In this document: positions 22,696 through 37,026 of the stretch, in pieces
How positions within the stretch are numbered: the first letter of the stretch is position 1
Layout of the letters: every line of letters starts with the position of its first letter
NCBI GenBank assembly: GCA_043228905.1
Contig: JBHGNT010000022.1
Coordinates: 11,532,001-11,596,000 of the forward strand
Direction of reading: 5' to 3'
From: Azolla caroliniana
Lineage: Eukaryota > Plantae > Polypodiophyta
DNA: 64,000 nucleotides
The notes under the pieces: generated by a model
Told to the model about the DNA's origin: nothing
Database searches by the model: none
What the model saw: the letters and a program-made list of their open reading frames with translations, nothing else
Program-made: the position numbers and the translations under genes

Positions 22696-25600
22696 GGTGT
22701 CTTGCGTTTCCCAGCGAATTGCGACTCCTTAGTCTCGGGCGCTTCGTTGGGTTTGTTGTGGTCCTTCTTCGAAGTGCGTTGATAGCGAAGAACTATTTGA
22801 ACGGCCTCTTCGAAGGATTTTGGATCCTTATCGTGCACTATCCAGTGATAGTCCGAATTGGGGATGGCATTGACAAAACAAGCTATTAACCAATTGTCCC
22901 CTTCTAGACCCGATTTTTGGATTTGGGTTCTAGCATGGTGGACATAGTCTTCTAGCGAAGAAAATTTCCTACTAGAGAGGTTCATTAAAGCTTGAGCTGC
23001 CTCGGTTCGAGAGGGAGGTTGCAGAAATTGGCCCTTAAAAACTGTGACAAAATCTGTCCAGGTATCAGGCAATTTCCGCAAAGTTCGGAGCGCACGCCAC
23101 CAGGCGGCGGCCTTACCCCCTAGTTCTCGGCCTGCATATGCAATCTTTGTACTATCTGGCATGGGATAGAGCTCAAAATGAGACTCCCATCAGCCCAACC
23201 ATGTGCAGATTACTTCTTCGGTTCTTTGCTTTTTTCTCCCGTAAATGGCTTAACGACAAACGATGGTTCACCTTGTCACTCATCAGGTATATTAGTCTCA
23301 CGTTGTAAACTAATGACATGTGCCTCAAGAGCCATTTGAGATTGCCGAGGTTCGGTCATCTGTTGAGCGGTGAAACTAAGGTATTGGGTTATTTGCGAAA
23401 AATACATCTCAATGGACATTTGTCTAGGAGGATTTCCTTGAGTTCCTTCCGCTTGAGCGAATGACATCGGGTCGTTATTTTGAGCCATTGAATGATTATT
23501 TCTGGCAAAGAAATAGGATAAGGTCAGACAAATAGTCATAACATCATGTCATGATGTAAACATATCATGGGCAAACATTAATCGATATCATGATCTCACA
23601 TCAATACCCCTCTAGATGTATGAGATGAGGTTCAAGATCAGGTTACTATGGTAACACAAAGGTGTTTTAAAAACCATGGGGGTGACAAATAAATGTCTTT
23701 CCCTTATCTCTATATCGATTTTTTTCATGCTGGTTCCCCAAGGCTCAACCATGTATGTTCGCGTCATGAATAGTTTATACACGAAAAAAATGTTAACAAT
23801 AAACTATGTTTCGGTGCCCACATATGTGGTTTCGGCTCTTTAAGTCCTATTACGAGGACCCCGAAGTGCACTTAGACCTCAAGTCTAAACATGTGTTATA
23901 GTCATATATATCAACAATGTTGTATGGTCTTGGTTATATTTGAACTCGAGACCTCGAGAACAAATGCATTAAACACTTGAGCTAACCAATTAGGTTGCTC
24001 GTTTTGAATGTTTAAAGTTTCATGCGTACAAGAGATATGCAAGGCATTTGCCCATATATGTTGTTTTAAAAGAAACATATATGTCAAGAGTCCTTATTTC
24101 CCCCTCGTTTACCACAAACTTTGTTGGTACGTTACCTAACCTCAAGTCTCGTAATTACGATGGCATACGCCAAAGTGCAACCTAATGGTCAAGCCAAATG
24201 AGCCCTCTTTTCGTAGTAGGCCCACGTGGCCCATCACATGGTTACGTCATTATGAATGCCTTTCGTAAGAATGATCTCATGGTGGCATCATATCCATGTA
24301 ATGAGGGAGGGATGTTGGATATGTGTGTTATAGGAGCGACCTCACATGAAATGGGTTAAGCCCTACGTACTCAACACCATTGTGGCTATGATTGTTTCAT
24401 TACGTAACGAAATATCGAAGTGACCAACGGGGATGTCAAGAAAAAATTGTTGCAAAAGGGATGGTGAAAACGCCATTCTCACAAAAATGTGAGGACGGCC
24501 ATCAAGATCCTTTTCCCGACAAGGACAATATTCGATAGAAATCACGTAATATCAAATATACACGTATGTTTACTTATCACATATATACGATCAAATACGC
24601 ATACACGTGACCACATATGCGTAGTTTAAACAAATCGTTACATCAAATAGCCAGAAATGATGTAATCGAGGCATATACCCTCTACGCACACGAAACATCC
24701 AAAAATAAGGGTTCATCGTGATACCCAATTGAGGTATTGACCTCTTACGCATACAAGACCAAATGTATATCATTTACAACGAAATCGAGGTATTGACCTC
24801 ATACGCATATGTAACATATGTATGTGAGTGTAATACACAATTGAGGTATTAACCTCGTGCGCATATGACATTAATAACATATTCAATATATGTCAAATGA
24901 GGTATTGACCTCATACACATATGTAAACGTTTTATACAACCAATTAATTACCGCTACAACATCATTGAATTAATGAAAAAAATTACATATAGACTATATA
25001 CATTATTAGATGGGAGAAGAAAAAATAGAAATAAGAAATAAGGAAACAGTTACCGAAGTTCTTTGTTGATCGTTGTCTGGATCAAGGCCGACCGCACATC
25101 GATCTATCACCATCAATCAAGAACACCAAAGACAACAAAAGAAACATTAGAACATGAGCTCGGATACCAACTATTAGAGATATGTACTAATGTAAGCAAA
25201 GGATAAGGATAAACGATAGATCTAGATAGAGAGGAGAGAGAGAAAGAAGTCGATCCACCCGACCACCCCCGAGTGAAGGGATCGAGACGGACTCGAGCCT
25301 CGATTGGCGTCCCATACCACCATCGTGGCGTCGAGTCATACCTAGTGTTGGCGCGCTCGCTACAAGAGTTGACCCACCACAAGAACAAAGTCTCGACGTA
25401 GTCAAAAGATGATGAAATGAGGGTAGTTAGGCCTCTTATTTATAGTGATACCCAAGGCCCCCAAGCAAGTTCACACTTGGCCTAATGGGTTGTCTCAATC
25501 CCAAGGATTAAAAGTAATCCTCCCCTTCTTTACACTCTCGTTTAACCCTCACACTTATCCACGTGTATAGAATACTACGGTAAATTCTCACCACGGGATA

Positions 25601-28600
25601 TTATATGGTCATGCCCGTAACAGGGGAGATATTTTTTTCCTTACGTACTAGGACTTGATTGCTGACGATTTACTTGCAGCATTTCAAGAAATGTTTAATA
25701 CATGTATTATGCCGCAAATGTGGAAAGAGGGCTTGGTTTGTCTCATTCTAAAAGGTGATGTAGTCACATATGAGGTTAAAGGTTGGCGCCCCATTACTCC
25801 ATTAAACACAATTTACAAAATATATGCCAAGTTGTTGGCTTTGTGATTGCAACCCTTTCTTCCAGACATTGTGCATGCATCGCAGATGAGATTTATGTAG
25901 GAATGTAGTATCTTTGATAATGTTTTTTTGTTTTGGGAGTTAAGAGGGATTGCAACGAAGAATAAAGAAGATCTTGCAGTTCGTTTATTAGATTTTGAGA
26001 AGGCATGTGACAAAGTTAATTAGAACTTCATGGAGGGTTCGTTTTTGAGATTAGTCTTTCCAGTCCAATGGATTAGGGTTGTAGTTTCGTTGCATCGTGA
26101 GGCTTTTAGTTCAGTCTTGGTAGCTGGTGGGCAAATTGGAAAATTCTCTATTTCGCTTTTTGTACGTCAAGGTTGTCCATTGGCTCCATCCTTGTTTTTG
26201 CTAGTAGTGGAAACTTTTTCAAAGTATTTAAATTTTTCTCAAGTTTCTCTTAAGGGTTTGCCTTTCCCTCAATACAGCAACAATTGCTGGATTCATAATT
26301 TGTTGATGATACGTCAATTTATGTCCAAGGTAATGATGATAATTTAAGAAAATTACAAGTAGCAGTGGAGAGGAATTCTGTTTGGCCTCTGGAGCAAAGA
26401 TAAATTGGCATAAAACTCTTGGTTTTTGGGTATTGCCAAATCCGTTGCCAAGTTGGATTCCTTCGCAAGAATTCAAATGGGTTCCTGATGGAACCACTAT
26501 TCATTACATGGGTTGCCAAGTGGGACTTCACATTAATGCGGATGTGTTAGTTGCTCCTCTACTTTTAAAGTTAAGGAAAAAATTGTTGCTATGGGATTCG
26601 ATTAACCAATCATTTGTAGGCCATGTACTTGTAGCTAATCAAGTTCTTCTTGCAACTATTTGGTATATTGCTTTTACGACGTTGTTTGCTAGGTCATGTA
26701 TTTTGCAAGTGCAACGTCTTATTCGCAATTACATTTGGGGAGGAAAAACATATCAGAATAAAAGGCCTAAAGTAGCTTGGGCAGTATTAATTGCTCCGAC
26801 ACAAAATGGTGGGTTGGGGTTGGTGGATCCGAAATCACAATGTAAGGCTTTGCTCTCTAAATTAGTGTGTAGAGTTATGTTGCTAATGCAAGGTGTTTGA
26901 AGTCAGCTAATGATGCATAGGCTATCTACTATGTGTCTGACGATAGGGGGAGTTTGGCAACCCTCATTAAGATGGGCTTTTATTCAGAATTTTCATTTCT
27001 TTAAAACATCTTTACCAGAAGATAGATTTTTTAATGGAATTCTCACAAGTTGGGCTCTTGTTAAGAAATTTCTTGTTTGGAAAAAGCCTTTGACAATGGA
27101 TGAATTGTTGAGACAACCTTTGACCTAGAATTTTCTCTTCTCTGATGCAAGAGGTTTTTTGCTTGGTAGCCGCCCTTGACTAAATTGGGTTGTTTTGGAT
27201 GCATCAATTGCATGTAATGTTCTTTCATGGGGATGCCATGTTATGAATCGACTGTTACAATATTTATCGGTGCATTTAGTTCGAGGAGGCGCTATTATGT
27301 ATAATGATGTGCAAGTGGCATTGGGACAATTTATGGCTTCATGGTCCTCCAAGTAATCATATATGGTTTGGTTATTTTTCTCCTTTAAAAGTTATTTTGG
27401 GAGCTAAAGTAATTAATGCTACGGGTGATGCTATGTATTTTAATGTTGATGATGATGGTAGATTGTGGCATGTATACTCTGCATCAGATGTGTGGATGTC
27501 TGCCAACACTTTGGCTATTCGAGTAGTCACAAGATCGGGGAAAAAATGGTCTTTGGATCCACCATTTCAAGGATGCTTTTTGTATTGCTCATTGTGGGGT
27601 TTTAAAAAAAACCTCTTCTTAATTTGGATTGGGATCCGACTGATTATCAATTGAAAAAATTGAGTTTTGGTGAAAATGGTAAACATTTGGAGTTTTTCCA
27701 ATATTCGGTTAAGCTAGGTAGAAATTTGTTGTGGCAGTCAAAGTATAAATGCCTTGTTGCCATGAAGCACTGGTCTGAGAATAATGTGCAGGAATTACAA
27801 CTTGCAAAATTTTGGAAATGGTTGTGGAGCATGCAATTGCCGAAAAAACCTATTTGCTTTCGTTGGTTGTTGATTCATTATGCTCTTCCTATTGGTGATT
27901 GGTTGAGACAACATCAACAATATGCTTATGGAGCATTGTGGCGCACCTACTGAATCGATTTTGCATGTATTTTGGTTATGTCCCAAGATCAAGAAATTTT
28001 GGAGTAAGTTTGTTTTTATTGTTGAGACAACACTACTCTCGTTCAATATTCTCTTGGGGTGTAGTATTGTGGGGTGTCCTTCATGGAGAGGTTATGAGGT
28101 ATGAAAGTACGCATGTTTCTCATGTTTTTCATTTTTCTTGTGGACAACTCTCTCTCATCTTGTTTCCTTCTCCTATTCCACGGTTCAAAATTAAAAATCT
28201 GGTCATTTGGCATACTATTATGTCATTGGCTCTTTGGATAATATGGAAAGCGAGATGTGATTATGTTTTTAACAATGTCCACATACATCTCAACACTATG
28301 CTTATTGAATTTTGGATGTTGTTTGTTCACACACTACATGGTCAATATGATGATCTGCAGGGTTCGGATGATGTTCTATGGCAACGGCAAGCGCCTTTAA
28401 GAACCGATGGCAAGGACTTCACTTATTTTTGGATACAACCGATGGTTCGAAGCGGAATTATGCCATGCCTTCTTTTATGTTGGATAGTGGATAGTATTGT
28501 TCTACTTGTTCATATATGACATCATCTGTTTGATCAGATGTACTAACTTTTGTATCTTACAATAAGAAGTGAGATGAAATGTCTCCTTCTGTTTTTTTTG

Positions 28601-30889
28601 TGTAGAGTTTTCAAGTAATATACTAAGTTGCATCTTTCTTAATAAAAAAAAGGCCAAAGTATCATGCAACCCAAAGAACATTTACACCATTAAAAAATTT
28701 GATGATATGGCTAAGAGAAACAAAACTCAATTGAAGAAATGGATTGTAGAACTAATTAAGGTGTCAACAATTAATAAGGCCACTAACAGTCTAGGTAGAA
28801 ATTAATGTTTTTTTTCCAAAAAACAATAGTTATAAAATTTTACAGTTGTGAATGCTATATACAAATCCCGGATTTGTTAACTATGAATGTTGCAAAGATG
28901 TTTCAATTTGGCCTTTCAAATTGTCATTAATCATTGAAAGCTCATGATAGAAGAGGAAACAAAAATTGTACAATTTTGTTTTTGACGATTCTTTTGCTCT
29001 AAAAGAGTTGTCCCACAATCATGTTTAGGTGTTAATCGGGATGATTATTGTATACAACGGGGACATAAAGCTACAGAAAGGATGGCAAAAACTTACTACA
29101 TTGGGAGTACATGCCTATATTATTTCTAAAGAAAAATTATGCAAAGAAGACTTAATGAAGGATGAATATTACTTATCACATGCTCAACATTTAAAGTCAT
29201 TCATGAAAATTATGAAGACATGTTAAGTGAGCGTGATAATTTTAGGGTCACACCAAAGAATGGCTTGTAAAGTTGTAAGTATGAGCACGTATGTGCGCTT
29301 TATATATTTTTACTACAAATTAGCAAATCTCTTTTCTTGGAAAGGAAACACATACAAGATGTATATGTTTTATTCCTAAGAAACTTACATAACATAGCGC
29401 TATCATATTTATGAAAATTCAATATATTTATACAAGAAAATTATTTGTTTTTTAAAGTAATATGTAAATGAATCTCAATTCATAACATTGATTGGACTTG
29501 GAATAGAAAAAGGTCCTCTATCAAATTCCAACTGTCTCTAAACTTCATGTGTCTCATGGACAATTTCACATAGCAAGAAGTTTTTCCTTTGATGCAGAGA
29601 GCCTTTAGTAGACGTACGTTAACTTTGTAGATGAACACACCGCTACAATAAATGGGTCATCATATTCCATGGGTCAATAGTTATTGACGATAAGGATATT
29701 GTTGACCAGGTTTTTGCTAGCCTATGAGGGGTACAAAAAGTGGGATTTAATTCCATTTATTTCTCAAGTACCATGCATAGTTGGAAAAACTAAAAGTTGC
29801 ATACACATGCACTAGTTGGTAAAATCACTAAATGAGAAAAATAAGGGAAAACTCATAACCCATAAATGACCAAAAACTACCAAGGATTGTAGTATATATT
29901 AGTCCTCCATGAGAACTTGACTTTACATTAAGTTCTACAACCTACACATTACGGAATTTAACTTTCATTTAAATAGGTCTCATGAATTTTCCCTTTCTCT
30001 TTATAGATAGACAACATAGAAGGAATCCCTTCTTTTCTTGTTAGCAACAACTGTGCAAAGAGAAAGAGATGCAAAGCTAACGGAATTACCTTTGCAACAA
30101 GGCAAAGAGGCTGATATATATATCATGAATATGCAAAGCCGATGAACATATATATAGGCATTCCCCTACACGAGAATTTGACCTGTTTATAAAGAATCAT
30201 TTGCAAGTGAAAAGGAAAGAATTAAATTGAGAAGAAAGTAGCCATGCAATAAATAATGAAATAGCGTGATGAGTGTAACAAGCATCAACACAAAATGGAA
30301 CTTTGAATACGAAATACATGTACATATAGGAACATGGATTGTTTTATAATCATTCCAAGCTTGAGAAACATGGCCATGAGCCCCACATACGTGTGTTGGA
30401 TTGTCCATATCAAACCCCACCTAAATGTACTTAATTGATGCAAGAGTGAGATGGACACACACAATGAAACATGCATTAACGTGCACACACACAAGCAACC
30501 AATTAAACGATCTATTTGGTATTGCTAAAAGAACAAGATATATATTTTGGATAGCAAGACATAGCGGCAAGCTCTATTCCCCCCCTTGGGGAAAAAAACT
30601 TGTGGAGAACTGTGACAACATGGACACCATGAAGTAACAAGCAAACGTAAGGTGACAACGGATTGATGGATGGGTAGGCACCTGGATGGATGCTTGGAAT
30701 GTTAAGGCATAGGGATCGGGAGCACATGATGGGCACTTGCACTTGGAATAATTATAAGAGACGGACACAAGATGGATGGGTGGGGTGGGTGGCATAAAAT
30801 AAAGATGACGAGTGTCGGAAGCAGGTTGGGCGACAAGGAAGATGACCATGTGGGTACATCTACAAGTTTACGATGTATTGTACAGTTAC

Positions 30890-31135
30890 ACTATTATTAC
30901 TACTACTACTACTACTATTACTATTACTACTACAACTACCACCAATAGTAGTGGTAGTAGTAGTACACACAAATGAATGGGTCAATGAGTGAATGAATGA
31001 ATTGGTTGAGTTATATATGTGTATGTGTATGTGTATGTATAAAGGTATAATGTATATGTATATGTATAAAGGTATAATGTATATGTATAAATGAATGGGT
31101 CAATGAGTGAATGAATGAATTGGTTGAGTTATATA

Positions 31136-31208
<73 letters not shown>

Positions 31209-31750
31209 GTATAAAGGTATAATGTATATGTATAAATGAATGGGTCAATGAGTGAATGAATGAATTCGGTTGAGTTATATATGTATACGTATAAAGGTAT
31301 AATGTATATGTAGAAATGAATGGGTCAATGGGTGAATGAATTGGGTTGAGTTGTATATGTATATGATATGTATAAAGGTATAATATAAACGTATATGTAT
31401 AAAGGCATAATGTATAATGTATAATGAATCATCTATAATGTATAAAGGTATAATGTATCATCTATAATGTATAATGTATAACATTATAATGTATAATGCA
31501 TAACATTATAATGTATAATGTATAATGCATAACATTATAATGTATAATGTATAATGTATAACATTATAATGTATAAATGTATAATGTATAAATGTTGGTC
31601 CACCCACACAATTACTTCTTTGCCCATTTCATATACTGATATACATATATCATACATATAATGTATAAATGTATAATGTATAAATGTTGGTCCACCCACA
31701 CAATTACTTCTTTGCCCATTTCATATACTGATATACATATATCATACATA
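30890..31750. repeat. Compound micro/minisatellite: (TAC)n, four AATGAATGGGTCAATG..GTTGAGTT units with (GTGTAT)n spacers, (TATAATG)n and an ~80-bp duplication
   Basis: Read directly. Confidence 0.9.
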
Positions 31751-32340
31751 TATGTATATAAAAGGTCATCAGCGTTTTGATCCTTCCTAGCTGGCTATGG
31801 CGACCCCCCATCATCCCTCCCCTTCCCCTTGTTGCAGGTGCTCTGTTCTGCTCTTTCTTTCTTTCTTTCTTTCTTTCTTCTCCTCTAAATTAGCATCCGA
31901 CCATATAATGTCAATTGCCTCGTAAAACTATCCGAGACACACTCACAATACATCTAGATGATATGGGTTTTTTTTTTGTTTTTTTTTTTTGAGTTGTGAT
32001 TTGTAATTGAAGAGGCGATTATCTTTCCCTTCACCTTCACCTTCATCGTTCCGTAAATTTCTGCCTTTGTAAGCTTTGTTGGGTCCTACGTATTTAGCAG
32101 TGGAATTCATCCGTTTTGGGAATCTTGAAAGGAAGAAGGACTCCTTCTAAATTCAAAAATTCTGCCTTTCGATTGTTCTCCTTGTCCTGTGTGTTGCGAG
32201 ATTTAATGGTAGATCAGATCATCTTGGATGCCCTTAATGATAAAATAGTTTCAATTTCCATCAAAAGAACAGATCAGAAATCGGTGCATCGAGAGTCACA
32301 AGCCTTCTTCCTGCATGTAGCAAATTGATACAATTATGTA

Positions 32341-35300
32341 ATGTCATCCATGCAGATGGAATTTAGGGAATCTGCTGCTATTACCAAAGCAGAGAATATG
32401 CAACAGAAAGCCACATCATGGAATGCTCCATCATCTGAAGACAAGTTATGCCTACACATCAATAACATTGAAACGAACTACAAAAAACTCATTCCTCCAG
32501 AGGTTCAATACACAGGTAGAGTTGTTCCATTGGAGTCCGATCAGATGGTTGGCTACAATCCGCCGGATAGGGGTAACACGAAGCAATGCATAGGAAGTGG
32601 CAAATCAGTAATGTTGAAGTCACTGAGCCATGGCGCGGGCGGAATGCCGAATGGTTGCGCGAAAGGGGCCTACATAGGTGCAGATGGAAGTGTCTACACA
32701 AGGCAATGGGCAATGAATAAGAAGCATGGATTTGGCTGGAAACAATACGGCAATGGGGATGTGTATGATGGGGCATGGAAATTGGATGTTCCGGAAGGGC
32801 AAGGTAGATATGTATGGAATGTGGATGGGAGTGAATATGAGGGGCATTGGAAGAGTGGGATGATGTGTGGGCATGGGGTTGTTTCATGGACAAATGGAGA
32901 TTCTTATGATGGCGAATGGCTTAACGGAGTCACCAACGGTCATGGTATTTACACTTCCTCTGACGGGACCACATTCTTTGGCACCTGGGGGAATGGATAT
33001 AAGCATCGAGAAACAATGCTGAATCAACCCTGTCAAATGCCCACTATCGAGAATCATCCGAAGAAGGACATGAATGATGATGGAAGCCAAACTTCTCATA
33101 GACAGAAAGTGTGTTCGGCATCCCATTTACCTGAAGAATTCAAGAGACTGTTAGGCCAAGATTCGATCCTTCGTGAGCTGAAGGTTGAAATGCTTGATTC
33201 AGCCTCGGCTGTCAAAAAAGACCCACAACCTCTCGAGGAGAAGTTTCGGAGCCTCGAAAAATCACTAGACTGTCTCTCGAAGGTTCCGAGCAAAAAGACA
33301 TATGCCATGGAGGATGACCAAGGAAATCTTTCACGTGTAGATGGTTTAACTCTTAGTGAGGAGGCCGGCAAAACCCGTATTTTGATCAGAAAGGAAAGGA
33401 AACAAGCAGGTGAGACCATCTACAGAGGCCACCGAAGCTACGACTTAATGCTGAAACTACAGCTGGGAATCAGGTTTCTTGCCTTTAACCATCTCATCGG
33501 GAATTCAATATTAGTTCTTCTTGTGATAGATGCAGATTGAAAACCTATATGTTAATGTGTAGGTATTCCGTTGGAAAAGTTACACCACAACAAAGCAGAA
33601 GATTGACTCATGGAGACTTTAGTCCTAAATCTACAATTAAGGTGAGATTCCCTAGGGAAGGATCTCAGATGACCCCTCCTCACCCCTCAGCTGACTTCAA
33701 ATGGAAGGATTATTGTCCTATGGTCTTCAGGTACCACAAACCAAAAGATGCATGCATACATTGCTATGAAATCTTTCATGCGTGTGTCTGCTATGTGCAC
33801 TTGATTTTTCATGGCAGAAATAAAGACAAAAAACAAACCCAAACCCAAACCTGGATGTGGTTTCCTTTCAAAATTTAATCAATGAACTATGAAACTCTTT
33901 TCAGGAAGTTAAGGGAACAATTTAAGATTGATGCCGCTGAGTACATGTTATCCGTCTGTGGAAACGAAGGACTGCGAGAGCTTTCTTCTCCGGGAAAGAG
34001 TGGAAGTGTGTTCTATCTTTCTTATGATGAGCGGTATATGGTTAAAACACTTCGGAAAAGTGAAGTGAAGGTATATGATTTTATGGTATTTAAAATTCCA
34101 ACTGTCGGCAAAGTCTGTCTATATTCTAACTGTTTAATTTCTATGGATGTGGTTATCAGGTGCTCTTGAAGATGCTTCCAAGGTATTATAATCATGTAGA
34201 GAAGTATGAAAATACCCTTCTTACAAGGTTCCTTGGACTTCATAGGGTCAAACCTGTGGGGGGTCGGAAGGTATGATATGAAGTTGATTAGATAACTCCA
34301 TGCCAAGATGCTACCATTTTCCCCTTTTCTGTTGTATAAGATAAGAAGGGCTCATAGCCTTCTCTTTCTCTTTTCTTCAGGTGAGATTCATTGTAATGGG
34401 AAATGTGGTGTCTACGGATGCGCAGATTCATAAAAGGTTTGATTTGAAGGGATCTTCCCATGGTCGATCAACGGTCAAAGTTGACACTGATGAGAACACT
34501 ACCCTGAAGGACTTAGATTTGGAGTACGTGTTTCAACTCGAGAAACAATGGAGAGATGCTGTTTGTTGGTAAATCTTTTATTGTTTCCTTTCCATGGCTC
34601 TAATTTTTTTCACTCTACTATTGTGTTGCTGACCAACTTTCCATTTGCAATCCAGTCAAATCGCAGAAGATTGCAAGTTTCTCGAGTCCGAGCGAATTAT
34701 GGATTATAGCTTATTACTGGGTTTGCATTTCAAGGAACCTTTGAGAAAATCAGTGGAAACACATGACTTACCGTTGCATGAGGTGGTCTTTTCAAGATTT
34801 CTGGAAAGTCATGGTATGCTTCTAGTGTACTACTAATAATATTTCATCTCTTGGATGTGAACTGAATGAAAATGAGTTCCTCTTTCCGGGTGATTATAGA
34901 TCATCCATGGATCCCCTTCTGTTTCTGTATGCTACCTGGTACAAGATACAACATGTCAATAGTGGTAAACAGAACATGTCAAGAACAGTAACATGGATCA
35001 CCAAGTTCATGGTTGGCATTTATATAAGATCGAGCAACTGGTTTCCACAAAGTATACCTGGAGATTTAGATGCCATGTTCAATGTGAATTTACCTTGAGT
35101 GTCTCAGATTCTTCTGATGTTTTGCATAATTATGTACTTAAGTTTGTACCTTTTACATGATGGGCTATGTATGTGTCTTCCTATTCATAATAAGCGCTAG
35201 ACCATAATTTCGAGTCGCACTGGATGTCTCATAGGTAGGGACACCTACTCTCATGAGCTGTGACCAAATGAGTTTATACCCCTAAACACTTGGCCTGACC

Positions 35301-36116
35301 CCTCGCAGGTGAGTATGTCTCTTATGTGGGCAAAACCTCCTACTTGTGGGACAAGGCCATGGACGAAGATTTCACGACTCTTGCCGAATCATTATCATTC
35401 CCTTGTGAGACTGTGTTTGTTTAGCATTTCTAGAAAGAAAAAAAAGTAGCATCTGACAAAGAAACCATGGTGAGGAGAATTCCCTATTTAAGCTTGGTGC
35501 CTCTGAACTCTTGCAATCCCATTCTGGATTTTTTGAAGCAAAGCTACCATGTATATAGTATGATCTATTAGTGCTAATCTTATACAGGTGATTTTGTGGA
35601 GATTGATATGGGATTAAAACGTTTGTCTTCAAGACATTTGGGATTCGAACAAGGCGCTGATGGCACACTAGAGGACGAGAAGACATCTCTCAAGTGTGCT
35701 CCCCTCAACAAGGTTGCGGTTGGTTCAATGGTTCATCCAGAAGAAAGGTAAAAACTCTGTAAAATTAACATCTTAATGCAGATTCATATGTTAATACTCA
35801 GAGAGCTAATCGACAGGAGTTTGCTTATGATATGTGAAGATTTAAAATACAAATAGGTTCCAACATGCCTGCCAGGGCTTGTCGCAGAATTCCGAATGGT
35901 GGAGACAATTACTACGATCCTAACGATGCTAGTGATGTCGCCTTATACTTCGGGATAATAGATATTCTGCAAACATACAATCTGGGCAAGAAACTAGAGC
36001 ATGCCTATAAATCCATTCAGTTTAATTCTCTTTCGATATCCGCAGTGAATCCCACATTATACTCGAGGAGATTCCAACACTTCATGCGTGAAATATTTCA
36101 GGCTGTTAAGACATGA
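32341..36116 (+). CDS. PIP5K: MORN-repeat phosphatidylinositol-4-phosphate 5-kinase (plant subfamily B); exons ~32341-33473, 33563-33730, 33905-34070, 34160-34270, 34381-34568, 34656-34813, 35588-35747, 35840-36116
   Basis: MORN repeats (YDGAWK..GQGRYVW), [60 protein letters not shown]; GT-AG introns keep frame; start codon uncertain. Confidence 0.93.
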
Positions 36117-36909
36117 GAATGTGGCCTCCCCAAGTCATGAGTTCTGGATAACCTAATCATTGGAGCGTTATTGGATGGTTGCCCTTAGGTTATGGAGGAG
36201 ATCAAATAGCTCCATCATTTGAAGTGAAATCTGGGATATGGCGAATTTGCAGGTTTGTTCCAGAGCTATGCTATCAGAAACAATCCATTTGACATCAATC
36301 ATCAAAGGAATATTCTGAAATATTTGGCATCTTTAAGAAGATGAATTTTATCACACCAAGCTTTAAATTTGTGGATTGAGTGGTTTGGTGATATTTGCAG
36401 ATGAAAAGGAGGTGACCGAAGACGAATCGCGATCGATCAGCCCACTTCTTTTCGGATTCAACAGTGAGAAGCCTAGTGAAGGAAAATGTGCATATGACCC
36501 TCTTGCAACCATGGAATTCTCATCCCTACCACATTCAAGATATTCATACATGCACATATAAATATCACTGTATGTATATGTCTTATCTGACCACCAGATC
36601 TCCATGGATGAGATTCAGAAGGTTTACATATAACCATCTTAAAGCCAAAGTAAAATATCTCAGCCGATACATATCCTCAACTTTCTCAATTTTTGACTGG
36701 TCTTTAATATTTTCGGGAATATGCTGCTGACATTACTTGTCATGATGTAGACAAAACTAGTTTCAAACCTCTGAATGCCAGGTTTACACTAGTTCCATCG
36801 TCAAGGGATTAAAGCGAACAATAGCTTCCTTGCAAATGATTAGAAGGATTAGTCTCTTTTTGGTACAATCAGAGATTAAGTGTCTTATATTGATCTTGGG
36901 TCAGGATTC

Positions 36910-37026
36910 CTAAACCCTAACCCTTAATTCTAACTCCCTAAACCCTAAACCCGAAATTCTAACTCCCTAAAGCCGAAAGATTCTGACCCCAATCCCATAA
37001 ATACCATAAACCCATAAACCCTAAAC
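36910..37026 (+). repeat. Degenerate CCCTAAA (telo-like) repeats
   Basis: TAAACCCTAACCC..AAACCCTAAACCC..AACCCTAAAC. Confidence 0.7.

Larger units (their letters stand above)
20545..23489 (-). pseudogene. gag-PR-RT(5') / chromodomain remnant of the chromovirus
   Basis: gag [67 protein letters not shown] then [13 protein letters not shown]. Confidence 0.88.
20088..25622 (-). mobile_element. Chromovirus-type Ty3/gypsy deletion derivative, 5-bp TSD GGGGA
   Basis: LTRs 20088-20542 and 25172-25622; iMet PBS (TGGTATCCGAGCTC, minus strand ~25155-25168); PPT AAAGAGGGGGAGTA; gag, protease, RT start fused to the chromodomain end. Confidence 0.92.
19480..28651 (+). mobile_element. Degenerate 5'-truncated L1-clade LINE split by the chromovirus insertion
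   Basis: CSGVDGMG|RYFFL restored across the insertion; WRPITPLNTIYK, DFEKA, VRQGCPLAP, FVDD, GGLGL, C..C..ESILHVFWLCP; AATAAAAAAAA tail at ~28641-28651; 5' boundary approximate. Confidence 0.85.

Noticed and set aside
24728-24915. CRISPR-like array (palindromic repeat with regular spacing)
   Set aside because: Eukaryotic retroelement leader; spacers resemble each other; no cas genes
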